DNA of 64,000 nt from the NCBI RefSeq assembly GCF_009914755.1, contig NC_060935.1; one strand, 5' to 3'. The position numbers and the translations under genes were made by a program. How positions within the stretch are numbered: position 1 is the first letter of the stretch; the number at the start of each line of letters is the position of its first letter. The notes under the pieces are model-generated. The model saw only the letters and a list, made by a program, of their open reading frames with translations. It did not search any database and was not told where the DNA came from. This document shows, one piece after another, positions 1 through 24,218 of the stretch. This DNA comes from the human T2T-CHM13v2.0 reference genome, Homo sapiens.

Positions 1-1746
1 ATCCGCCCGCCTCAGCCTCCCAAAGTGCTAGGATTACAGGCGTGAGCCACCACGCCCAGCCAGGAAATGCTATTTCTTCTCCTGACCCCTTCAAGCCTAG
101 TGGTAGTAATGACTTTCCACTGTCGCTTGGTGCCTCAACTTCCCTTGTTGGGTGTCTGACTTTTCTTGGCTATTTAATTCAATTTATTAAAAATAGTGTG
201 CAACCCTCAACCATTCCTGGGTAGTCTTGACTGCTATTCTGCTAGATGACACACCCCGACATCCCGTGGAGGAAGTCACTGTGGAACCTAGGTCAATGTG
301 AAAGCCTGGTTCTCTGGGCGAACTGATTACCAAAGTACCCAGTCCATGAGCCAAGGCGATAGTAAAGAAATCCAATGGGAAACAGCTTCAGTTCCTGGAA
401 GAGGAAAGTAAACAGCAACCCAGGCAGGACATGGCCTTGACTGTGTTTGCTGCTGTTTTCTCTCCCTATTCGTGACTCCTAGGAGAACATATCTTCATAG
501 CCCCATGATCTGACCTTTCATCCTATGCTTTGGAGTTTGAGCACAAACACTGACTGGCTCAGAGGCTTCCCGGAGATGCAGCTCTGGGCATCCACTATTG
601 CTGATTTTACTGTGATGGCCACATAGCAAGTGTCGGAATTGCTGATCATTTGTGTGAGCTGCTACTGAGTGCCAGCCACTGCACTGAGTGATTTCTATGA
701 TCTCAATCATCAGAGGGCTTGTAAGGGGAATATTATTGTAAGCATGGAAAGACACCCAGATGAACAGCTTGCCTATGGTCTCAGAGCTCAAAGCCACGTA
801 GACCCCTGTCTGCCCGTCATGCCGAGCTGTGCCTCAGGTCCTGCCCTGCCACCTGGGAGTCCCTTGTAGATAGATTGTCAAGACTGATCATGCTAGTGAT
901 TAGTAGTTACCAATCTCTCCTCCCTGCCTGCCAACCTCAGCCACTCTCCTCCACCATCACTCTTGCCCTGGCCACTCCCGGGCCTGTGATCACACCCTCC
1001 TCTTCCTCCTCCAGCTGTATCACATCACAGTCACACCTGTGTGTCCCCCAAACTCTGACCACAGCCCTTCCCCCAGGCTAACTGTGTAATCACAGTGGTG
1101 CTGCCCAGCCAACCCCCAGCTGAGTGGACATTTTGTTTTGTTGTTTTGGAGTTCTGCAAATAGCAAGAGCTTCCAGTTTGCCTTTACCCTAAAATGCACA
1201 CCCCAGGGATGGGAGGGAAGCACAGCGGCTGCGGCAAGCCGGGCTGTCAGGCGCCTACCCGCTACACCACCGCAGCCCATCCACCTGCTGAGCAGCTGCT
1301 GACTCGCCAGGCCTTACTTTTCTGCTCCACATTAGCAGGGGGGTGTTCATCCGAATATAACAGTTCCTCCTCAGGGGTGAGAAATTAGCTTGCTGAAAAC
1401 CCCCACTGGGAGGAAGGAGGTATTCAGAGTCGGGGACCTGCGGTGGTGAGTGGATCTACGAAAGCCCTAGGGCCAGACTGCCTTTCCCATCTTCTTAGTC
1501 CCAATCCAGAAGCGATGCATTCTCAGCACTGCCAACTCCTTTCCCCAATCTGAAGGAAGAGGGCATGTCTTATAATAATTATGAAAACAAGAATAATTCA
1601 TAATAGCTGGAGTGCCAGGCCTTGGGTGAGGCACCATCCTGATTGTCTCCTCAATACTCACAAGGCCAGTATGATTCTATCCAACCATGTTGTTGAGCTC
1701 ATCCCTACGGACTATAATTATTATTATTTTAAAAAATATATTTTTT

Positions 1747-2948
<1,202 letters not shown>

Positions 2949-4494
2949 GACACGAGTTCTAATGAAAGAGAAAGGACAAATACAAATAAGGAACTGTATG
3001 ACTAAGTGGGATGGAAGGCCTGGCAGGGGTCACCTGGCCAAGTCTGGACCACAGGCTGCTGTGATTCTGTGGGAAGGGAACGGCATTAAGAGGAACGGCA
3101 TTAAGAGTTAAACCTTGGGTTCAAGTTCTGGCTTTGCTATCATCCATCATATGACCTTGGGGAATTCACTCTACCTCTGGACCTGTTAGTCCGTCTACAA
3201 AACAGATTTATCCCTCTCAGCACAGAGCGCTGACAATTAAGGGATCTGTTTTACAGGAAACTTCAAATTGGCTCTTCGGTTTCAGAAACTGTAAACCACA
3301 ATACATATGCAAAGGACTGTGATTAGATTTCACCTCATCAGAGGTATCAAGTGTTTACTGAGCAACAAACTGCCTGTAACACACACTTGAGGGATGGAGG
3401 ATCATATAAAACATGGCCTCTGCCTTTAAGAAAATCACTATCTGCTGACGAGGCAAGACTGGCACAGCCAACATATAACAAACACATAGTGTGTGCAAAG
3501 GCACTGCTGTTAGAGAAAAGGGAGAGGAGGCAGGCCGAGCAGCTTAGGAGAGCTAAGTGAAGGCTCACAGAGGAGACGCTTGGCCTGGCCCTTAGCAAGG
3601 GTGCCAACGCCTGCTGTGTGAGTGCACTGGGGTGAGAGGGAGAAACAGGACCGGCTGTCCTCGTCTCCAAGGGCGGACTCCAAGCTGACTCTGTTCAGGG
3701 TCAGGGGCCAGTGGAGCCAGTTCAAATCCTGATCACAACCCCCTAATGCTAATTAATCTGGTTACCTAGAGGAACTAAGTTGTCTGAGACTCTGTAAAAT
3801 AAGAATAATTATTTGACTTTGTATGTTCATTGGGAGGATGAAATATGAGAATGCATGTGAACTGGTCCATATTAGGGATGTAATACATGCTACAAACTAA
3901 TAATCCTTGACATCAAATAAGGTCTGACTGCCAGGGTGGGATCAGATTTTGGAAGGTCAGAAGCACCAATAGAGAAATATAGACACAATGATTTGGGGGT
4001 GATCAGCATAGAAGTGACAGCCAAAGCCATGAGAAAGAGCTTGGCCTCAGCAAGGTGGGGAGGGCTGCTGCCCACAAGCCCAGCTCCGGCCACCAGCATG
4101 CTCCCTCCCCACCCGAACCACGGGTGCCTGGGCTGCCCAGGCCCTGGCGAGCTTAGCCCAGGGCATCACCACTCACCTGCTTTCCTGAGAAGAGCACAGG
4201 AGCAGAGGTGGAACAGCAGAAATGTGAGGAGGAGAAACTGAGGCAGGAATGAAACTGAAGGGATGGTCTTAAGAGGGGCAAACAAATACTGCTAGTATGT
4301 CACAGCACAGGAGCCCAAAAGAGAAGTTTCAGGCAGAGGTGGGCGGGCGGGGAGCCTGCAGTAACATGAACTCTCAAAGTTGTGGGGAAGGGCAGCACCA
4401 AAGCAGACAATGACCCAGTGAGAAGCTGACACGGAAGCAACGGAAGATGAATCAGGAGGTTTAAGGGAACGATATGCAGCCCCGCCTAAAAAGT

Positions 4495-4660
4495 ATGCAT
4501 TCATTCATTCAGTCACTTCTGAACGAGCCTTTACAACATGCCAGGCACTGTCGGTCATCAGAGAGAAAGTTGTGCAGGAGAGAACAGGTCCCTGTCCTCA
4601 TGAAACTGACATTTCATTCCAGCCAGGAAACCAAGCACACAAACAAGACCAAAGATCCAT
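4495..4660 (-). mobile_element. L2 3' end (representative; others near 3340-3600, 7850-8030, 31860-32560, 52570-53530, 62500-62900)
   Basis: attcattcattcag...tgccaggcactgt...caggtccctgtcctcatgaaactgaca. Confidence 0.65.
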
Positions 4661-5534
4661 CCTGATCGGTAAGTACTGTCTCCTGGCCTCAGACTCCCTC
4701 CTGATGGCAGGTCTCCCTCGGTGTCACAGAGAAAGGCACCACCTGACAGAGAACAAAGCCACGGTGCTCAATCCCTCCACCCCTGGCCTAGAACTCCCGG
4801 GGTGGGGAGAAAGGCATGTTCTTAACAATTGCTAATCCCGAGCAGTTTGGGACTAAGCAGAGGGAAATAGAGCTGAAGCATACACAGATGTCCACGTCAC
4901 CTCCATCCCCCCAGTCTTTCCCCCTACGAGCATGCCCATGTACACACACATGCACACTGCATTTCTCCCCTCTCCTTGGATTGTTATCCCATGACCTGGC
5001 AGGGAGCCTGGCCCGTTTGCAGTTAAAGAACAAGAGGCCATTTGGAACCTGATCAGTTTCTCCTCCTCCTAAACTGAGGAAAAGGTTTTCTTCAAAATGG
5101 GAGATGTTCTCTCCCCTTAGATCTGAGCAGTGAGTCCTACTCAAACGCCAGAGGTCTGGTCTCCCAAAATACGGGTAGTAACATGTTTTTCCTGCACTGC
5201 TGTCTGGGAGGTCTCACATGTTGAACAGAGCATGACCTCAGCCCTCCTATTTCCCAGATTCCTAAAGGAAAGCCGGGCCTTTCTGTTCTGTAACTCCAGG
5301 GCATTTTGTGAAGGACTGAGCCGGCTGGGGAGCTGGAGCACAGCACACGAAGGGCCGGCTGGTGCTGAACTATGAGCAGGGCCTCCCCATGACCACTGGC
5401 AGCCATGCCATTTACACAAGGAACCATGTGGCCTTTCCCTCAACTGTCACCATCATGCAAGGGTGTTCTGGCCCAGAGCTCTTGGATCCATGGCCAAGGT
5501 CTTCTGTCCAAGGTCTCAGGCAAAACCTGTTCTC

Positions 5535-5847
<313 letters not shown>

Positions 5848-6109
5848 TCAAGTAGGGTTTGCCTACCTCCTGCCCCTCAGCTTGCCCATGCCTGACCAGA
5901 ACAGTCCCCACAGCTCTTGAGAAATGATCTAGTCCAACCCTCCCCTAGATTCCTGTTCTCTAAGGACTGTTCCCATCCTTCTACCCTCTGCTCTTCTAAC
6001 TGCTAGAAAGCTGCCAAGTTCCAGAGGGAAGAGCAACAATGGCCAGGATGTGTGGGCACCCCTACCCAGGACAAAGTGCCTAGAGGCCTCTGAAAGTCGG
6101 TTCTCTTAC

Positions 6110-6172
6110 CACGGCAGTTGGTCTGCAGAGTTCCAGAGAGGCCACACTGTTCCTGTAACACCCAAGTCTGGG
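6110..6172 (-). other. PC: PC alternative first exon from the proximal (P1) promoter
   Basis: ...GGAACTCTGCAGACCAACTGCCGTG|gtaaga donor at 6109, with TATAAA on the minus strand at 6191-6196. Matches the recalled P1 variant junction ACCAACTGCCGTG-ATGCTGA; the 5' end is approximate. Confidence 0.85.
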
Positions 6173-6420
6173 CCTGAGGCCTGCTGCCTGTTTATAATTG
6201 ATGTTCTAGGTTAATCCCCTGTCAATGACTTTCCAGAACTGTCCCCTCCTTTACCGCTCCCAGGAGAGAGAGGCTGCTTGGGAGCCAATCTCTGGCTTAG
6301 GGGTGGGCCTTGAGTAGACTGAGGGAAGGATAAAAAAACAAACACTAGGTCAGGGGTGAGCTGGAAGAGCGGCGGTCAAAAGCCACTGCTCACAAGTTCT
6401 GGTGGAAAGATGAAAGGGCA
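6173..6420 (-). promoter_or_regulatory. PC: PC proximal promoter P1 (TATA box, DR1-like and forkhead-like motifs)
   Basis: TATAAA 6191-6196 (minus); AGGTCA-G-GGGTGA at 6347-6359; AAACAAACA at 6336-6344. Confidence 0.75.
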
Positions 6421-9400
6421 GTGGTGTTCGAGTTTCACAAAGAAGGGAGGGCCAGGGCCAGGGCTGGGAAAGCCAGCCAGGAGAGAGACAGGGCATCTGG
6501 CCTAAGGAAAGGAGCAGAAGATTCAATGGGGAGAAGAAAAAAGAAGGAGTCTAATGTCTTCCTCCTTCCTGCCGAGACCTCACTATGCCTTGGGTTGTCC
6601 ACCTGGGAACTGGTGACATCATGGGCCTGTCTCCCCACAGGGCCAGAAGACTGGATCCCTCACCAGGGCACATGTTACCTGGTGATTAGTGTGAGCTGGT
6701 GACCCAGTACGATTTATCAGCAAGCAGATGTTCACATGCTTGAACATACTATGAAACCACCCAGCTCAGTTCATTTAACAAAGTGTTATCCTAAAGGGCA
6801 CCCCAGTCAGAAGCCAGAACAGAGTTCCCACCTACTGGGTACCACCCCACCATCGCAAGGAAGCAAAACACCAGGCTGAGCTCTGACCAGCTCCTTGGAG
6901 GAGGCACAGTCAATAGCTCACTGTTAGATCTTTTGCTTGGCCTCCCGAACCCGAGGCTAATTGGTCGGAGGTCTTGCATGGTTCGGCGCGCTCACTGTGT
7001 GACAGAAGCTGGCATCTGAAGAGAGCGGGTAGGCTGAGCCTGCTACGGGAACGTAAGTGCGCCCTGATCCAAGCCAGGCAGAGGTCTGAACACCCCGATG
7101 TCCCCGAGAACACGCGTTAACTGAAAAGTCAGGGTGGAGGGATCCTGCACATTCCTTCAGGTCCAGGATCCTGACCAGCACTGGCACCTCTGTTTCCGCC
7201 TCTTCTCTATCTTTTCCCAAGATGACAATAAGCAGCTTTCTGCTTCCCTTCCAGCCCATGAAGGAAGGGGGCTACCCGGAAGGTGAGCTCAGAATGAGAC
7301 TCAAACCAGGGGCCCTATCTGGGAATAAAGAGTAGAGGATCAGCTGGAATGCCAAAGTGGGAAATGGCAGAAAGTCCCTGTTCCCCGTGTCCAGTGCTAC
7401 AGCTGCTGGTTGTGACAATTCTTGTCCTTATCCTAGCACCCAGACAGGCACCGGGTGCCTCTTCCACAGCTGGAGGCAGAGAGGTGCCACCAACTCCCGT
7501 ACTCGCCTTGAGATTTGCCTTCTGGCTGGTGTGCTGCTGGTGTGGGGCCGGAGCTGGAGGAAGTATCTGCATGGAGCCTGCACTCAGCCTAAGCCTCACC
7601 CAGGAGTGCCATTCACAGTGACTTGCCCAAGGTCATACTCGTCATGGACCCCAGCCATCTCCACTCATGCTTCATTCCTCAGCACACAGAGATCATGCAG
7701 GACATGATCTTCGGAACAGGTGTCCCTGCCGCTCCCCCCCGAAGAGAAGCTGCCTGAGAGTGGGGTCACAGCTTACTCAGCTCTGCCTGCAATGAGCACT
7801 TCACAGGCTGCTACTGGATTGGACCAAAAATGTCATCACCACCACGTGTCCTATTTGGTCCAGCGCAGCCTGCCTGAGTCTCCATCAGCACTGGGGAGCC
7901 GGAGCGGACAAGAAGACACAGTCCCTGCCCTCCAGGAGCTCACGTCAGGGAAGGCACTAGACACGTAAACAAAGAGGAGAAACCAAGTGTGGTGGGAGCC
8001 AAAGGAAGCAAATGCCAGTGCTGAACTAGTGATGGGAGGAGGGGACTCAGGTATCAGGAAACCATGGGAGTTGAGACTCACAGACAAGGTGAGTGACAGA
8101 GGACCGGCGGGAAGGGAAAAGGGAAGAGAGTGGTGTGGCCAGGACACGGGCCACTGTATGGTCACAAACCATGCAGTTTGGTACGGCTGGAACACCGGGT
8201 ATGAGCAGAAGGGGACGCAGGGGCCTGACCACTCACTGCGGCAGAGCAACACAGCATGATCCATGCTGTCTTCAATTTACACAGAAAGCCCGGTGTTGAA
8301 AAATTCAACAATTAACCTTCCATGCAATTGTAAAATACCCTGAAACCAACAATTATGACGACTTTATAGGTGTTTTCTTCATCTGAGAAAAACACAAGCG
8401 GGGGGAGTAAGTGTCTGGCTTAAACGGTAGCAAGGTTATGCGCTGCTGCCCTGGCGAACGAGTCGCTCACATGCTCAACAACACTGTTAGTCCTGGGTGA
8501 CAAACAGAACCAGGCTTCCAGCTGGAGGTTCCAGGTGGAGAACGAGTCGCTCTGTGCTCAGCTCTGGGTAGTGCTTACATCTGTCTCGTCCTTGTCTTGG
8601 CTCATGGTCCATCCTGCAGAAAGCTCCTTGTGCCATCAGGGCAGCTGGATGGACCCTTCTAATGGCCTTGGTCCCCCATTCTCCTCTGCCACCCCAAATC
8701 TAGCCACACATACATTGATGTCGTATGACTTCTATGGAGCAAGACAAGCAAGTAGAGTTTCTTTCATTTATTCGGAAAGCTTGTGAGGACTGTCCACTAT
8801 GTAACACAAAAGATACTAGGTGCTACAGGGAAGCAGAGAGAGCGTGATGGCCCCACACTTTAAGAACTCACCATACGGCCGGTGGAAGCAAGATCTGCAT
8901 GTGGCAAATTAGCATCCACCCCCAGAGTTAATTGTCAAAGAATAAGGCTGCAGGGCAGGGGTCACAGGGGCTAAGGTTTCCAGGCCTCTACTGTCCATGA
9001 CCCCTAGAAAGATGCAACAAACCAACCACTTTGTGATACCAGCTCCAGGCCAGAGAGCAAAGGCTCTGGATTGACCCAACCCAACGCTAGTGCTGACAGT
9101 CTCACAGTGTCCCAGAATGCCCCAGTGTCCTTCCTCCTCCACACAAGTCACATAAACCCACTGTTGTCCCCTCCCAGCACTGCAGTTTGAGCTCTGGGAA
9201 CTGTGTTTAATTGCAACTCCAACACTTAAGTCGCTCTTCAACTTGGGAATTTACGTAACCTTCTGAACTTTAGTTTCCTGATCTATAAAATGCAGAATGA
9301 TCTGAGCCATCTTGTGGAGTTGCTATGAGAACCCAATGAGGTAACGTATTTTTGAAATACCTACGAGAGTCTAGCACGGTAGAGATGTCCAAAAAAATGA

Positions 9401-9702
9401 CCCCAATGGTCAGCCCTTGTAATAATAGCCTTAGTCCTTCTCTCTTCCATCATGCCCTAGGGCCTCAATACAAGAGAGGTAGAGACCTAGACACAAGCTC
9501 AGGGAGGCTAAGAACAGAATGTCAGTCCCTTGTAGGATGGCAACTGGAAGGAGCTGCGAGATGTGAATCAGACAGTCATGGCCCTATCTCTGCTACTGTT
9601 ACCAGTGCTGTGCCAAGAGGCAAGTCACCCCGCCATCCTGGGCTTCAGTTTCTTCCCCCACTAGACCAGGGATAATAATTACCAGCCTTCTTTACAGGAG
9701 CA

Positions 9703-13352
<3,650 letters not shown>

Positions 13353-14536
13353 CTAGTGTCAGCAGGGTCCTAGGGTGCGCCAATGGGGAGGGCTCACAAG
13401 GCAAACAGACAGCTCCAGCAACCAGACTCCAGCCAGGGAGGGAGGGAGGGAGGGTGCTGCTGCCATAAGCTCCTCCCGCCCTCCACTCCATTTCACAGAG
13501 AGCACGGTGGAGTCTCTGAAACCTGCCTAAGGTTCCCCATGTTCTGCCAAGCTCCACAGCAAGGCACTGCCTGCTGCGAGAGGCAGATAACCACAGTGGG
13601 AGGGAGGCTTCCCCTGATGGGCCAGCAGGGTTAGGGCACTCTCATTACCCGCTGCCTGTGCAGCAATGATCACAGCTATAATCGAACAGGGAATGGCCTT
13701 CTGCCAGTCCCCCCTGATGACAGGAGATGGCTGAGGCCTTCTCCCTGCTGTGTCTCCAGCATGAAGCATGCGGCCTAGAACACAGTCCTGCTCGGTAAAC
13801 AGTTGTAGAGCAAAGGCAAGTCTCCCTAAGCCACACGGCAGCCCCTGGAGCTGAGGGCCAGCTGTGGACCACTCCGTGCCCTGTGATCCTGCAGGGAGCA
13901 AGGGCTCCAGGGGTGATTCTGCTCCATCCATGGAGGGGTGTACCAGGGCCCTGCCCGCAGGGGGAGCTACCAGGGGAGGGACCACAGGCCTCAGAGGTGG
14001 CATGCCAGGTTCCGAGACTTCCTCGATTTATCCTAAAGTCTCACGCTAACGTAACAGAGAGGGCAGTCAGGCAAAAAATCCTGGTGCTGACAAGCACATG
14101 GTGTTGGGGGAAGCCTGGTCCCAATCCTCTGAGGCCCCAGATTTGGTTCTGTCTCCCTTCTTTCTTCGTCCTTTACAGGCAATAGCCACTGCCTCTTTCG
14201 GCACTTTGAGCTCAGTACTAACTACCCCTCCCATAGTCTCAGTCTTTCCTACAACGCTCTTTACAGCCTCCACTCCCTCTGCTTTGGTCCTTCCTCCTCC
14301 TTACCCTCCAAAACAAACACACCAACTGTGTTTCTTTCAGCCACTGCTTCTGCTGGAACTCCCCTATTGCTGGAGGGGATCAGCAGGAACAAATGCGCTC
14401 TGTGCAGGGGCCACGTCTGTTCCCCAGCTCTCACTCACCACACTTGGCCCAGCCCCTGTGGTCTTTCCCTTAGCGTAGGTCAGGCCAGGCCCACAGCTGT
14501 AGACAGCAAGCCTGTCCTGCTCGTTGCCAAGCAGTT

Positions 14537-17875
<3,339 letters not shown>

Positions 17876-18058
17876 TCAAATGGGCTCCAGCCAGAGGCAG
17901 TGAATACACCAGTGCTGAGGATCTGTGCTAGGAACAGCAAACAGATACCAAGGTTGGGGAGAGGGATCTAAGTCACTGAGAAAAGAATGAGGCCTGGTAG
18001 TGAGGAGCTTGGTTCAGGCATCCTCTTTGCATGAAGTCAGAACTGAAACCTAGGCGTT

Positions 18059-18118
18059 AGTGTTACAGCACTTTTAGAATTTGTCTAGCAGGCTTTCAGG
18101 TCTTTGCCAGAAAGCCCC
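18059..18118 (+). pseudogene. Processed U7 snRNA pseudogene (probably RNU7-23P)
   Basis: AGTGTTACAGCACTTTTAGAATTTGTCTAGCAGGCTTTCAGGTCTTTGCCAGAAAGCCCC resembles U7, with an A-rich tail and imperfect TSD aaacctaggc/aaacctaagc. Confidence 0.9.
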
Positions 18119-19058
18119 ATTAAAAATAAAAACAAAAACCTAAGCCATAAGTCCTGGAGAAGAGGTACAGAGATGCTGTATCACTCAAGAGGAATGCCTG
18201 GGTTTAGAAAATGGGCATCAGGTCAAAGGCACATCAGTGACCCAAACTTCTGCAAATGGCTTGATAATAGCAGTTACAGCCTTGAAATGTAGGTTACCAT
18301 GGTGCCTAGCACAAAACGGTTGTTGAATGAATAAATGAATGAACGGACTCAGAACAAGGCTGGCTCATTCTGGTAATCAAACACAGAGAGAAGGCTGTGT
18401 AAGTGATGAGGGAGGACCCAGAGTATACCACGCCTCTTGCTGTGGCACAGAGGAGGGGAGGAGGGGAAAGACGAGAGAGATGGTGTTCTCAGACTTCACA
18501 GGCCAACACGATGAATCCAGCTGGCTCAGAAGACACCCTGCAGAAAGGTGCCAGGCTACTCATTGGAGGGAACTTCCCTGTAACTGGTATTTACCCAGCA
18601 CCCCGTCACCCTCCTATGGGCAACAGAAATTTCTGTCTTCTTTTTCCTGCCACAAGCCCCTGCCTAACAGCTGAAACTGTTAGGAAAGCCTGAAACTTAA
18701 ATTCACCTTTGGAAAGAAGCCCCATATCTCGGATGATAAAGCTGGGACAAGCGGAGGGGGACAGGAAAATGGATATGGACCTAACACTGGAGAAAGTGGC
18801 AGCCCCGGGAAGGCCTGTCCCCTGGGGACCTGTTTGGAGCATCAGAGAGGACAGAGAGCCAACCCTATAAGCAACAGCTTCCCAGCAATCCCAAGAATCG
18901 TAGAGCCATTTCTTTGTCTTCGCCACACCCTCCTCCAAGCAGCCTCCCCGCCTTGACTCCTTCCTTCTGTGGGGTATCAGAACTCCAACCTCCTCAGGGA
19001 ACAGAGCTGGGCCTGGATGCAAATGTAACATGTTCAGGACATGGAAATACAGGCATGA

Positions 19059-23070
<4,012 letters not shown>

Positions 23071-23140
23071 TATTATTCCTTCTTATTTGCAAACAAGACA
23101 GACATGATCTTTGGACAAAAGGACAATGAAGGAGGGGAGG

Positions 23141-24218
23141 TATTGGGGGAAACAGCCCCTGATAGTCAGGTAGGTTCTTTTCTATTTTCCCTAAGTGTCA
23201 GCCAGTCTGAGAAATAAAGGGACAGAGTACAAAAGAGAGAAATTTTAAAGCTGGGTGTCCAGGGGAGACATCACATGTTGGCAGGTTCCGTGATGCCCCC
23301 CAGCCATAAAACCAGCAAGTTTTTATTAGTGATTTTCAAAAAGGGAGGGAGTGTACTAATAGGGTGTGGGTCACAGAGATCATGTGCTTCACAAGGTAAT
23401 AGAATATCACAAGGCAAATGGAGGCAGGGCGAGATCACAGGACCACAGGACCGGGGTGAAATTAAAATTGCTAATGAAGTTTCGGGCACGCATTGTCATT
23501 GATAACATCTTATCAGGAGACATGGTTTGAGAGCAGACAACTGGTCTGATCAAAATTTATTAGGCGGGAATTTCCTCGTCCTAATAAGCCTGGGAGCTCT
23601 ACGGGAGACTGGGGCTTATTTCATCCCTACGGCTTAGACCATAAAAGACGGCTGCCCCCGAAGCGGCCATTTCAGAGGCCTACCCTCAGGGACGCATCTC
23701 TTTCTCAGGGATGTTCCTTGCTGAGAAAAAGAATTCAGCAATATTTCTCCCATTTGCTTTTGAAAGAAGAGAAATATGGCTCTGCTCCGCCCAGCTCACC
23801 GGCAGTCAGAGCTTAAGGTTCTCTCTCTTGTTCCCTGAACATCGCTGTTATCCTGTTCTTTTTTCAAGGTGCCCAGATTTCATATTGTTCAAACACACAT
23901 GCTCTACAAACAATTTGTGCAGTTAACACAATCATCACAGGGTCCTGAGGCGACATACATCCTCCTCAGCTTACAAAGATGATAAGATTGAAAGATTAAA
24001 GGCAGGCATAGGAAATCACAAGGGTATTGATTGGGGAAGTGATAAGTGTCCCTGAAATCTTCACAATTTATGTTCAGAGATTGCAGTAAAGATAGACATA
24101 AGAAATAAAAGTATTAATTTGGGGAACTAATAAATGTCCATGAAATCTTCACAATTTATGTTCTTCTGCCATGGCTTCAGCGGGTCCCTCCGTTCAGGGT
24201 TCCTGACTTCCCGCAACA
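23141..24218 (-). mobile_element. MER11 solo LTR (ERVK/HML8)
   Basis: Minus strand starts TGTTGCGGGAAGTCAGGAACCCTGAACGGAGGGACCCGCTGAAGCCATGGCAGAAGAACATAAATTGTGAAG and ends CCCCCAATA; 6-bp TSD GGGAGG at 23135-23140 and 24219-24224. Confidence 0.9.

Noticed and set aside
331-394. 64-nt candidate exon with a good acceptor
   Set aside because: The donor TTG|gtaatc is weak and there is no other support.
4177-4370. Initial idea that this is the known P1 first exon
   Set aside because: The exon ending at 6110 has the TATA box and the recalled ACCAACTGCCGTG junction; the 4177 site is kept only as an unannotated candidate.
24031-24163. ~45-bp direct repeat
   Set aside because: Internal feature of the MER11 LTR, not an independent element.
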